Assembly: GCA_032718475.1 (NCBI GenBank)
Contig: JAUCBJ010003147.1
Location: forward strand, 1 to 64,000
Length of the DNA stretch: 64,000 nucleotides
Direction: 5' to 3'
Source of the DNA: Nemertoderma westbladi
Taxonomy: Eukaryota; Animalia; Xenacoelomorpha
Under the pieces are notes generated by a model. That model searched no databases. It worked only from the letters and a program-made list of their open reading frames with translations, and was not told where the DNA came from. Position numbers and translations under genes: made by a program. Shown piece after piece: positions 37,049 through 50,725 of this stretch (position 1 is its first letter; each line of letters begins with the position of its first letter).

Positions 37049-40000
37049 GTTATTGACTTTCTGAATATTATTAGGCAATACTTTTGACCATTTTTATCAA
37101 TTTATATCTCGTAAATTATAGCCATTACTTATATAGGGATACGCATTTAATATTGTGAGTAATCTTAGGAAAACATTTGCGTATCACAACATATAATATA
37201 GATATTCTATTGTAAAAAAAATAAAGAATATCATTATATTCATATATATTATTATAGCAATGTCAATATATATTATCATAGCTTAAGATAACACTTAAAG
37301 CTACTTATAATAGCTTAAGATAACACTTAAAGCTACTTATAATAATCTGGGAATATATCACTCTTAATAATTGATACTAAGAAAGGCTATCAATAACATA
37401 GATATTCTATTATGAAAAACTGCTTTAAAGTATATGAAAAGCTTAACAAAGAATATCATATATTATGAATATATATTATTATAGCAATGTGAATATATAT
37501 TATCATAGCTTAAGTGTTATATGGCTCAAATTCAATTTTTATCAAATTTTACTTTTGATACTTTTTATACATACTTTTTATACAATTCCATATTTTAAGT
37601 AATGATTTATCAGCTGATGAAGTTTTGAACATTTTTAACCAATGGCAAGTGATGATTTATGCTAAAGTGAAGCACTATATCCTAGTGAACATTACTTTAC
37701 TGCAGAAAAGCCCTTGGGCAATATTTTACTGCAGAAAGGCCCTATATGTCTCTAAATTTATTCTTCTGAATAATTTCAATGGCTCCTGAATAATTTCAAT
37801 TTTTACTTAATTATTGAATAATATGTGCTTAATTTACTTCTATTTTTGAACCTTATAACACTTAAAGCTACTTACATTATAAACTGGGTAGATATCACTC
37901 TTAAATGATACTAAGAAAGGCTATCAATACATTAGTATCTAACTTTAACTGTACCCAGTTAATACTCAGTCATTAGTTGAGACTGGCATTAGTGTCTAAG
38001 CCAATTTAAAATATTCATAATAATAAGAATATAGCTTAGACTAAAATATGAGTATGCCACAATGTTTATATACTTATAATCTATAATCTAATAATAATAA
38101 ATAATATAACTAATAGAAAATACTATAAAATAATTTATATATATTATATATCATATAGTTTTTAAAATTAAATTATGATTTTTAAACTTTAATTTAATGT
38201 AATTTTTTTATATAGTAAAAAATTTGAATATATTTTATACCTATTTATTTTATATAAAATTTGAATATATTTTATACTTCTATTTTTATTTTTCTATATT
38301 TTTATTTAATATATTTATAATTTTATACTTATAATTTTATATTTATTTATATATTTATTTATATATTTGATATATATTGTTTTCTATAACGAATGAAAAA
38401 TTTAAACAAATTGTTAAATGAATATATTCTTTTGATAAATTGCTGTTTAATTTGTTATGACAATTTGGTGCAATATTGTCTTACAGCCATTCATTTCATC
38501 CATCTGTGCTCTAAGTAACCCTATAAACGGCTCTGCTGAACAGTATAGATTACAGTAGAAAATCATATCATCTTCACTCACTTTCCCTAAAGTTAGCTGA
38601 GTCATATCATTGGCTGTTAAAATGATTGTTTGCATCACATTGAATGGTGACATACTAAAACAGCATTATATATATTCTAATAATAATTCAATTTGTTAAA
38701 ATTATCTTGATTCACTATATAAACAATCTATATATCAAATATAATAAATAAATAATACTATTCATTATTTATATTTTATTTTAGTAATAATTAAATTATG
38801 AAATAATAATTATAATAATTAATTAAAAAACAAATAATTATATAACTAAATAAATTAGATATTGTGGCATACTTTATCCTGGTTTCTATTGCCAGAGTTT
38901 TATTGCCAGTTTACTTCACAGTAAACTGAAATATTATACTGTAGCACAGTATAATATTATATTGGTGAGGATAGGTATGGCTAATGGGGAGATGGGAGGC
39001 CATACTCATAACAATATGTTATGATATAATAAAGTGCTATAGTATAATATAATTTGGTGAGGATAGGTATGGCTAAAGGGGAGATGGGAGGCCATACACT
39101 CATAACAAATTGTTATGATTATATTCGATTTCATAAATTGACGAAATCATATATAAAACACCCTAAAATGCTTAGATGTAACTTATAGAGAACCCAATAA
39201 TTGAGAGTTTCTCCATTGCGGTACTGAAATGTATCCATATCATTGATCTACATATTAGGGTGTTTTAATTTTAAACTTAAACTTTTATTCAAAATTGTTA
39301 GTATATCTTTAACTATTAATTAATTTACAGTACTATAATTATATAATGGTTTTCTATAGAATAAGGTAGTATTTTATAAACTTTTATATTTTTTTCTTGA
39401 CTCATTTTCAGCTTGTCGATCATCATCAATTATTAGCAATAACTGCCATATTATCATTCTTCATCATCATCATCAATCATATGTGCTTCATCATAACTAA
39501 TCTGAAGTAATCTTATATCGCAAATAATAAGTTCTAATTAAAATATTTTGGAGTAGTATATAGTTTGTATATTATTTTGCAAAGCCTGAAATAGCCATTC
39601 TTATAAATTGACATTTCAAAACTATTTTGTGATATTGACCATTCTCAAAAATGGTCTTCAATTATACAAATATAATATTGACAAAATTATATATGAAACA
39701 CCCTAAAATGCTTAGATATAACTTAATAAATGGAATAGTTTGAGTCAAAAACTCAACAGGAACCCAACAATAATTGAGAGTTCCAGGACTGAAAAGTCCT
39801 TATCTAATTTCCATTGTGGTACTGAAATGTATCCATATCATTGATCTAACATATTGGGATGTTTTAATTTTTTATCAAAAATTTTAAGTATATCTTGAAC
39901 TATTAATTAATTTATAATATTATATTTACTTCATGGGTTTTTATAGCATAAGGTAGTATTTTATAAACTTATATATTTTTTTTGAACTTATTATTATTAG

Positions 40001-40526
40001 GTTGTCCATTATCATCAATTATTACCAATAACTGCTATATTATCATTCTCCATCATCTACCAAATCTGTTACATCATAACCAATTTCAAGTAATCCTGTA
40101 TCATAAATAATAAGTACTACATTATCATTAATCATAAGTTATCTAGTTCTCTATTATTATTATTTTATTACCAGTGATCATAACTGTGATTATAATGAAT
40201 TTACTTTGATTAATTTCATCTCTTATTATAAATTATAGTATTGCTTTTCTTAATATTATTATTATATTATTAATATTATTATATTAATATTATTATTCAT
40301 TATTAATAGCTTACAAATTTTAATATTCAAATATATTATATTAGAATGATATACTTATATTTAATACTTCATTAAAATTGTTTTGAAGTAATTACTATAT
40401 ATCATAAATAATCTTCATTATCATCAATCATAAGTGCTCCAGTTCTCTATCCATCAACTATCAATATTTGCTAGTACTCAATTATCATAAGTGCTTATTA
40501 TCAAAAATATATTATAATAAATATTA

Positions 40527-41155
40527 GGCACTAGTAAAGGAAAAGAATCCATAAATTATTTTTTCTAATATAAATTTTATTGTGAATAATTCTTGGATAT
40601 ATATTATGATTTGATTGTTACATAAATCTTGTTACATCTTTTGAGAGACATTACCTATTTTTGTTAATAAAAGCAAGTTTTTTTAAGGCAACTCTTTTTA
40701 AAATTATAAACCCAATTTTTATTACCTACTTTTTAATAAAAACATTAGACTTTTAATAGATTTTTTTCATTTTTTTTTGTTCTAGAATATAAATTTTTCC
40801 CTCTATGCTATATATTGTTTTTTTATGTAATATTTTTAATATTATAATAGAAAATTTCAGTGCGTATAGAATTTTCTTACTATCTAATTAATAATAGGTA
40901 CTATCTAATAGAAAAATTAAATTACTGATATTCCTTATAATTTGATTTTTACTGCTCAAAATTGATTTACAATTTCTATATTATAATTATAATTTTTTTA
41001 ATTAGCTAATAATAAGTAGTAGGTAATGAATTTCTTATTCTAATTTAGACCTCATATAAAGAAAAACAAATTTTTTTCTATATACCTTTAATAATTATAA
41101 TATAAAGTAACAAAAACACATTTTTATTTTGGATTTGTTTTCCTCTACTAGTGCC
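40527..41155. mobile_element. MITE/foldback element, copy 1
   Basis: TIRs GGCACTAGTAAAGGAAAAGAATCCA / TGGATTTGTTTTCCTCTACTAGTGCC, further internal inverted matches, and flanks AAATATTA / AAATATAG. Confidence 0.7.
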
Positions 41156-42102
41156 AAATATAGGTGAGGTACGGTATGGCTGAAGGGGTGTTGGGAGGCC
41201 ATATATTATAATATTTTTTTATAATACTGCCAACATAACTTCTTTATCATCATGAATCATATCTCGAACTATGCTCCATCATTACATTACCAATCTGAAC
41301 TAATCCTCTATAAAGTTCCCATTATCAATCTATCATAAGTAATCATAAGTATTACTTTTCTTAATAATATTATTATATTATTATTATTATTATATTATTA
41401 TTATTATTAATTATTCATTATTTATTAATAGCTTATAATTTTTAATATTCAAACTATTAGAATAATATACTTATATTTAATACTTCATTAAATTTGTTTT
41501 GAAGTAATATACTACTATTACTGATAAATTCATCCATTGACAAAATTATATATGAAACACCCTAAAATGCTTAGATGTAACTTAATAAATGGAATGAGTC
41601 AAAAACTCAACTGGAGCCCAATAATTGAGAGTTCCTCCATTGTGGTACTGAAATGTATCCATATCATTGATCTAACATATTAGAGTGTTTTAATTTTAAA
41701 CTTAAACTTTTATCCAAAATTTTAAGTATATCTTGAACTATTAATTAATTTATATTATTATATTTACTATAATTATTATTATTATATTAATATTCATTAT
41801 TAATAGCTTATAAGTTTTAATTGAAACTAAACTTGAAATACTAATTAATTTACATTTTTATATTTACTTCATGGTTTTGTATGTAGTACTTTATAAACTT
41901 TATATTTTTTTGGAACTCATTATTAGCTACCAATAACTGCTATATTATCAGTCTCTATCATCACCTACCAAATATGTTCCATCATTATCATTAATCATAA
42001 GTGCTCCAGTTCTCTTTATCTTCAATTATCAATATTTGCAAGTACTCCATTGTTTACAAATCATAAGTGCTTATTATCAAAAATATATTATAATAAATAT
42101 TA

Positions 42103-42745
42103 GGCACTAGTAAAGGAAAAGAATCCATAAATTATTTTTTCTAATATAAATTTTATTGTGAATAATTCTTGATTATATATTATGATTTGATTCTTACATA
42201 AATCTTGTTACATCTTTTGAGAGACATTACCTATTTTTTTTTAATAGAAGGTAAGTGTTTTTTAAGGTAGCTCTTTTTAAAATTATATAACCAATTTTTT
42301 CAATCTATCAATAATTTCAATCAATAATCCAATCTAGAACATAAATTTTTCCCTCATGGTATTTTGTAAGAAGTGTTTTTTAAGGTATGTTATGTTTTTA
42401 ATATTATAATAGAAAATTTTTGTGAGTATAGAATTGTTCTTACAACATAATAATAGGTACTATCTTATAGAAAAGTTAAATTACTGATATTCCTTATACT
42501 TTGTTCGAATTTAGACCTCATGAAACATAATTATTTTTACTAGTTCAAAATTGATTTACAATTTACATATTATAATTATATATTTTTTTAACTATCTAAT
42601 AATAATTAGTAGGTAATGTCTTCTTTATTCCAATTTAGACCTCATGTAAAGAAAATCAAAATTTTTTTTCTAATGTACCTGTAATAATTATAATATAAAG
42701 CAACAAAAACACTTTATTTTTGGTCCGTTTTCCTCTACTAGTGCC
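42103..42745. mobile_element. MITE/foldback element, copy 2 (duplicated with its flanks)
   Basis: Same TIRs and the same flanking sequence as copy 1. Confidence 0.7.
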
Positions 42746-45589
42746 AAATATAGGTGAGGTTCGGTATGGCTAAAGGGGAGTTGGGAGGCCATATATTATA
42801 ATATATTTTTTATAGTACCCTTAATATACCTTCTTTATCATCATGAATCATAACTGCTTCATTATTTATACCATACTACATCATAAATAATAAGTTCTCC
42901 ATTATTTTACTTCATGCTTTTGCATAGAAAAAAATAAGGTAGTAGTACTTTATAAACTTCTATATTTTTTTCTTGATCTGAAAGCTTTTAATTTTTTGGT
43001 AAGCTTGCATCATCATCAATTATTACCAACACCTGCTATATTATCCATCACCAATCATATGCACCATCATTACCAATCTGATAAGTAATCCTATATCATA
43101 AATAATAAGTTCTGCATTATCATCAATCATAAGTGATCCAGTTTTCTATCATCAATTATCAAAACTATATTATATAATTATGATTATTATTCTTGATTCT
43201 TGATTTTTATTATTTATTTTTATTATTATTATTCTTATTTTTTTTTAATACTTCATTTAATATTTAGCATTTAATAATATTTATATTATAGGAATTAAGC
43301 AGTCTTTGTATACAATTTAGTATGGGTCAATTAGTATAGTGCTTTTTATATTTTATTCAAATCCTCTATAAAATAGTACATTATTTTTTTATATTTATTT
43401 AGATAATTTTATTTCTAATTCATTTATAATTTAATCGTAATTATGATAGTATTTATATTTATGTAAGTGTATCATATAACTATATAGTATATTATAGGAA
43501 CTTCTACTCATACTTCTATTTACTAGTATATATGCTCGACTATATAAAATTGTTTTACTATTATATAACAGTAGAAAATACTACAAACATTAGAAAATAA
43601 ATAATATACAAAAACTAATTAAAATTTATATTCAACACTATTCTATAAAAAATACATATGCAATACAAATTTACTATTAGTGATAGTAAGGGAATAGTTT
43701 ATAGGATATTTTCAAGACTAAGAACAACTTAATAGTAATAATTTAATTTTAACTTATATATTTTTCCTTTAATTCAGATGTTTATACAAAAGTTATTGTT
43801 AAGGATAAGATGTCATGATATTATTACTATCCATTATTGAATTACAAATGAATATAAAATGAGCTTATACAGATCATACATATCTTAAGTCAGCTATTTA
43901 TAGATAAAGATATTAGTTTACTTCATAATATTTACAAATATCAATGATGAAGCAAGTATAAAGATCACATCATAATCATACTCATCAGGAATGGCAATGA
44001 AAGAGTAATCAACAATTAAGATTAAATATAATCAACTTCTATCACATGAAGCAAGTTATAAAGATCACATACTGGTAATCAAAGTGTAACCCTTTTTTTA
44101 TCTTTTTTTTTTGATCCAGTTCCCTATCATCAATTATTAATACTTTTATATAATTATAATTATTCTTTTAATAATTTATTTATTATTATTATTATTATCC
44201 AGAATATTTACAAACTCCATATTGTACAGTAGACCAAAAATATAATGAGATATTAATCTTCTTTGTATTGAGTAAATTTATATGAGAATAAATTCATGAA
44301 CCACTTTTATCTAATTATGAAACGTTATAGGAAAAATACAATATTGTAGACCAACAATATATGTAATTCTACAATAAAAGGATAATTATACACAGCATAG
44401 TAAGAGTAAAATACATTTAATAAAGTAGATATTATATACTGTATGTTAAATCAAGTCACCAGTAAATTATAGTTTTGCATTATATGAATTCGTAGTATCA
44501 CTGCTGTTTGCTGTTGTTATGCTTGTATTTTAAGTAATTTGGTATGGGTCTTTAGCATTTTTTTATGGTCCAATCAATATAGTATTTTTATTTAAAAGAG
44601 TACTATTTGAATTATAAGATTCCTTATCAATGCCCAGATAATTTTTATATATTTTATTATTTATATTCAAGTTGTAAGCTAATTTTATTTAAAAAATATT
44701 ATACTTATACTTAATTTATTATTAATTTATTATTATAGTATATATATATTTCTAAAAAAATTATATATTATAGGAACCTGTACTCATACCCCTACTTATA
44801 GTATATATGCTAGGGGCTATGTATAATTATTAAATATTTTAAACTAGGAATAATATAACACTAAATTATATTGTAGTTCAATATATATTTTTTTTCTTTT
44901 ATTCAGATTATATTCTAATGATATTTATTAATGGGGATTTGTAATGATTTAACACCCTCGATATGATTGTCTACAATGTTTAGCAACTATGTAAAGATTT
45001 TGTATATTCTTCAATAACAATAAGGATAAAACCACTCTTGATAGATATTCATCAATAATGCAAGCAATATATATAACAAAAAATTTGATATGCATTTGAA
45101 ATATAATTTCAAAATTAAATAATGGTCCTTGCATTCCTAATATATGGTCGTGCCATCTGGGATGTAGTATGGCTCCGTTGGAAAAGTAAGAAATTTTATT
45201 TCATTTATTGTTTTGGTTCTATGTAATATATTTTTATTTTTTTGTCATCTTTGTATTTCTAGCATCATTAAGAATTAGATATATATGGCAGTGCAAGCGA
45301 AAAGGTTACCTTAAGGTTAAAATGTTGTTTTGATAAAATTGCACTTTAAGAAAGCGTCTCATCTGGAGTGTATTGTTGTATCGTTGCAAAGTAAGAAATT
45401 TTGCTTTATTTATTGTTTTGGTTCTATCTAAAGGTTAAAATGTTATTTATTGTTTTGGTTCGATCTAAAGGTTAAAATGTTGTTTTGATGAAATTGCACT
45501 TTAAGAAAATTTAATTTAAAAGAAATTTAAAAATGTTAAATTTCTTTATTTTTTTGTTATATATGTCCAATATAATATAATAATATAAT

Positions 45590-47531
45590 ATAATATGTGT
45601 TTGAGATAGTCCACTTTGAAGGAATTTAAATTTTTATTTAAAAATATTCAATTTCGTTATTTTTTCTCGTAGTTTTCTATTAGGAATCCAAATCTGGTTC
45701 TGGCATGTTAATGGTAAATTAGGTTTTAAAATAATGCACCTTGAAGGAAGAGTAGTTGTAAGTTATGAAATTTAAATCTATAATGGTAAAAAATAATAAT
45801 TTATAAATAAAATATATAATAAATCTCGAAAATATAATAATTAGCTTAGTTGTTCAGGTGCTGGTCGAAGTTTCAAACTAGATAAATGTTTTCTATTGGG
45901 AATCCAAATCTGTTAATGGCGTATCAATAGCTAAATTAGTTTTTGAGATAATCCACTTTGAAGGAAGAGTATTCAAAATTTATGAGATTTAAATCTATAG
46001 TAGTAAAAGTAATAAAATAAATAATAATTTAAGTAATAAATGTATAATCTATATTAGTTAGCTTAATTGTTTACATGCTGCTTGAAGTCCCAATTTAGAT
46101 GTCCAGCATGCTTAGTTATTCATATTCTGCTTGAAGTCCCAAACTAGATAACCAGTTAGCTTAGTTATCCATGTGCTGCTTGAAGTCCCAAACAAGATAA
46201 CCATTTAGATTAGTTGTTAACATGCTGCTCTAAGTCTCAGACTAGATACCCATAGCTTAGTATATCATGTTGAAATATTGCACCTTGAAGGAAGAGTAGT
46301 TGAAAGTTATGAAATTTAAATCTATAATGGTAAAAAATAATAATTTATAAATAAAATATATAATAAATCTCGAAAATATAATAATTAGCTTAGTTGTTCA
46401 GGTGCTGCTCGAAGTTTCAAACAAGATAAATGTAGTTTTCTATTGGGAAACCAAATCTGTTAATGGTGTATCAATAGCCAAATTAGTTTTTGAGATAATC
46501 CACTTTGGAGGAAGAGTAATCAAAATTTATGAGATTTAAATTTATAGTAGTAAAAGTAATAAAATAAATAATAATTTAAGTAATAAATCTATAATCTATA
46601 TTAGTTAGCTTAATTGTTTACATGCTGCTTGAAGTCCCAATTTAGATGTCCAGCTTGCTTAGTTATTCATATTCTGCTTGAAGTCCCAAACTAGATAACC
46701 AGTTAGCTTAGTTATCCATGTGCTGCTTGAAGTCCCAAACAAGATAACCCTTTAGATTAGTTGTTAACATGCTGCTCTTATGTCTCAGACTAGATACCCA
46801 TAGCTTAGTTTATCATGTTGAAATAATGTACCTTGAAGGAAGAGTAGTTGAAAGTTATGAAATTTAAATCTATAATAGTAAAAAATAATAATTTATAAAT
46901 AAAATATATAATAATCCTCGAAAATATAATAATTAGCTTAGTTGTTCAGGTGCTGCTCGAAGTTTCAAACTAGATAAATGTAGTTTTCTATTGGGAATCC
47001 AAATCTGTTAATGTCGTATTAGTAGCTAAATTAGTTTTTGACATAATCGTCTTTGAAGGAAGAGTAATCAAAATTTATGAGATTTAAATCTATAGTAGTA
47101 AAAGTAATAAAATAAATAATAATTTAAGTAATAAATCTATAATCTATATTAGTTAGCTTAATTGTTTACATGCTGCTTCAAGTCCCAATTTAGATGTCCA
47201 GCTTGCTTAGTGATTCATATTCTGCGTGAAGTGCCAAACTAGATAACCAGTTAGCTTAGTATTAGTAGCTAAATTAGTTTTTGACATAATCGTCTTTGAA
47301 GGAAGAGTAATCAAAATTTATGAGATTTAAATCTATAGTAGTAAAAGTAATAAAATAAATAATAATTTAAGTAATAAATCTATAATCTATATTAGTTAGC
47401 TTAATTGTTTACATGCTGCTTGAAGTCCCAATTTAGATGTCCAGCTTGCTTAGTGATTCATATTCTGCGTGAAGTGCCAAACTAGATAACCAGTTAGCTT
47501 AGTTATCCATGTGCTGCTTGAAGTCCCAAAC
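45590..47531. repeat. About 545-bp tandem repeat (about 3.5 copies) with internal subrepeats
   Basis: ACCTTGAAGGAAGAGTAGTTG recurs near 45738, 46282 and 46830; GCTGCTTGAAGTCCCAAA subrepeats; the unit resumes at 49896. Confidence 0.9.
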
Positions 47532-49685
47532 CTAGTAACAATAACCTTATAGAACACGTCATCCCTCACTAACGTAGTAACAATAAACTTATAAAACACG
47601 TAATCCCTCACTAACTTAGTAAGAATAAACTTATAGAACACGTCATCCCTCACTAACGTAGTAACAATAAACTTATAGAACACGTCATCCCTCACTAACG
47701 TAGTAACAATAACCTTATAGAACACGTCATCCCTCACTAACGTAGTAACAATAACCTTATAGAACACGTCATCCCTCACTAACATAGTAACAATAAACTT
47801 CTAGAACATGTCATCCCTCACTAACGTAGTAACAATAAACTTATAGAACACGTCATCCCTCACTAACATAGTAACAATAACCTTATAGAACACGTCATCT
47901 CTCACTAACGTAGTAATAATAAACTTATAGAACACATCATCCCTCACTAACGTAGTAACAATAAAATTCTAGAACACGTCATCCCTCACTAATGTAGTAA
48001 CAATAAACTTATAGAACACGTCATCCCTCACTAACATAGTAACAATAAACTTATAGAACATGTCATCCCTCACTAATGTAGTAACAATAAACTTCTAGAA
48101 CACGTCATCCCTCACTAACGTAGTAACAATAAACTTATAGAACACGTCATCCCTTACTAACACAGTAACAATAAACTTATAGAACATGTCATCCCTCACT
48201 AACGTAGTATAGAACATGTCATCCCTCACTAACGTAGTAACAATAGAACACGTCATCCCTCACTAACGTAGTAACAATAAACTTATAGAACACGTCATCC
48301 CTCACTAATGTAGTAACAATAAACTTATAGAACACGTCATCCCTCACTAACGTAGTAACAATAAACTTATAGAACACGTCATCACTCACTAACGTAGTAA
48401 CAATAACCTTATAGAACACGTCATCCCTCACTAACGTAGTAACAATAACCATATAGAACAAGTCATCCCTCACTAACGTAGTAACAATAAACTTCTAGAA
48501 CATCCCTCACTTACATAGTAACAATAAACTTATAGAACACGTCATCCCTCACTAACGTAGTAACAATAACCTTATAGAACACGTCATCCCTCACTAACGT
48601 AGTAACAATAACCTTAAAGAACACGTCATCCGTCATTAACGTAGTAACAATAAACTTATAGAACACGTCATCCCTCACTAACGTAGTATCAATAAACTTA
48701 TAGAACACGTCATCCCTCACTAACGTAGTAACAATAACCTTATAGAACACGTCATCCCTCACTAACGTAGTAACAATAAACTTCTAGGACACGTCATCCC
48801 TCACTAACGTAGTAACAATAAACTTATAGAACACGTCACCCTAACTAACGTAGTAACAATAAACTTATAGAACATGTCATCCCTCACTAACATAGTAACA
48901 ATAACCTTATAGAACACGTCATCCCTCACTAACATAGTAACAATAACCTTATAGAACACGTCATCCCTCACTAACGTAGTAACAATAACCTTATAGAACA
49001 CGTCATCGCTCACTAACGTAGTAACAATAAACTTATAGAACACGTCATCCCTAACTAACGTAGTAACAATAAACTTATAGAAGACGTCATCCCTCACTAA
49101 CGTAGTAACAATAACCTTATAGAACACGTCATTGCTCACTAACGTAGTAACAATAAATTTCTAGAACACGTCATCCATCACTAATGTAGTAACAATAACC
49201 TTATAGAACACGTCATCCCTCACTAACGTAGTAACAATAAACTTAGAGAACACGTCATCCCTCACTAACGTAGTAACAATAAACTTGTAGAACACGTCAT
49301 CCTTCACTAACGTAGTAACAATAAACTTCTAGAACACGGCATCCCTTACTAACGTAGTAACAATACAACACGTCATCCCTCACTAACGTAGTAACAATAA
49401 ATTTATAGAACACATCATCCCTCACTAACTTAGTAACAATAAACTTATAGAACGCGTCATCCCTCACATAGAACACGTCATCCCTAGCTAACGTAGTAAC
49501 AATAAACTTATAGAACACGTCATCCCTCACTAACGTAGTAACAATAACCTTATAGAACACGTCATCCCTCACTAACGTAGTAACAATAAACTTATATAAC
49601 ATGTAATCCCTCACTAACTTAGTAACAATAAACTTATGGAACATGTAATCCCTCACTAACTTAGTAACACTAAACTTATAGAATA
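47532..49685. repeat. 42-bp satellite array
   Basis: Unit TAGTAACAATAAACTTATAGAACACGTCATCCCTCACTAACG. Confidence 0.97.
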
Positions 49686-50496
49686 GAGTATTCTCCATTG
49701 ATTATAACTAGTGTATAGTTGCTATAGTAACTGCAATTAATCGCTGATGGGCAAAATGTATGATGTGTATGATATGATAAATGTGTGATGGGCAATGATG
49801 TAAATTTGTAAATATTAATTTCGGCGGAAACTTTAATTTATTAAAAATATGCCTTGAAGGCGGCGAAATGTTGGTTAATATCACTAAAAGATAGAAAGAT
49901 AACCATTTAGATTAGTTGTTAACATGCTGCTCTTAAGTCTCTAGATACTAGATACTCATAGCTTAGTTTGTCATGTGCTGCTCAAAATCTTAAACTGTAT
50001 TACTGTCCCACTTTATAGATTTTGATAATAGATAGCAAATTAATCTATTCCTAATAACATCAATAAACGACGAATATTCAAAATTAACTTAACATTAAAC
50101 TTTAAAGGCAATTTACTCAGAACAGGTGTATTTGACAACTAATGAAAATAACTTAGTATGTTTTTTAGCTCTAGGATGTTGGCAAATTATATTCAATATC
50201 TAACTCAAAAACCTCAGAACCAACATTCAAACTTAACTTAACACTAAACTTTAAATGCAATTTACTCAGAACAGTATATTTGATAACTAAGACAAATAAC
50301 TCTCAATCTACTCCACCAATTAGTATATTTTTTAGTTCATTAGAGACCTGGGATGTTGGCAAATCACATTCAATATCTAACTTAAAAACCTCTCAATATC
50401 TAACTTAAAAACCTCATTTTTACCATAAGGTACCTTTTTGCTTGTACAAAAACCTCATTTTTACCATAAGGTACCTTTTTGCTTGTACTGCCACAT

Positions 50497-50725
50497 ATCG
50501 TTGTCTTCTTAGTCGTCGTCTTCTTAGTTGTTGTCTTCTTCGTCATCGTCTTCTTTGTCGTCATCTTCTTCGTCATCGTCGTCTTCTTCATCGTCGTCTT
50601 CTTCTTCGTCGTCATTGTCTTCTTCTTCGGTGTCGTTCGTTATCCTTTTCTTTGTTGTCTTCGTTGTCTTCGTTTTTATTGTCTTCGTCGTCTTCTTCTT
50701 TTTTGTCTCCTTCGTCTTCTTTTTT
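50497..50725. repeat. (TCG/TCT/TCA)n degenerate trinucleotide tract
   Basis: Low-complexity CGTCTTCTT runs. Confidence 0.9.

Larger units (their letters stand above)
38940..43150. repeat. AT-rich degenerate segmental/tandem duplications
   Basis: AAACACCCTAAAATGCTTAGAT blocks near 39156, 39695 and 41555; a ~1.58-kb duplication (about 40.5-41.3 kb versus 42.1-42.9 kb). Confidence 0.85.

Noticed and set aside
47450-49698. LVRDDVFYKFIVTT-repeat ORFs
   Set aside because: Frame artefact of the 42-bp satellite.
49850-49876. Possible minimal hammerhead (CTTGAAGGCGGCGAAATGTTGG)
   Set aside because: It lacks an intact CUGAnGA box and convincing stems.
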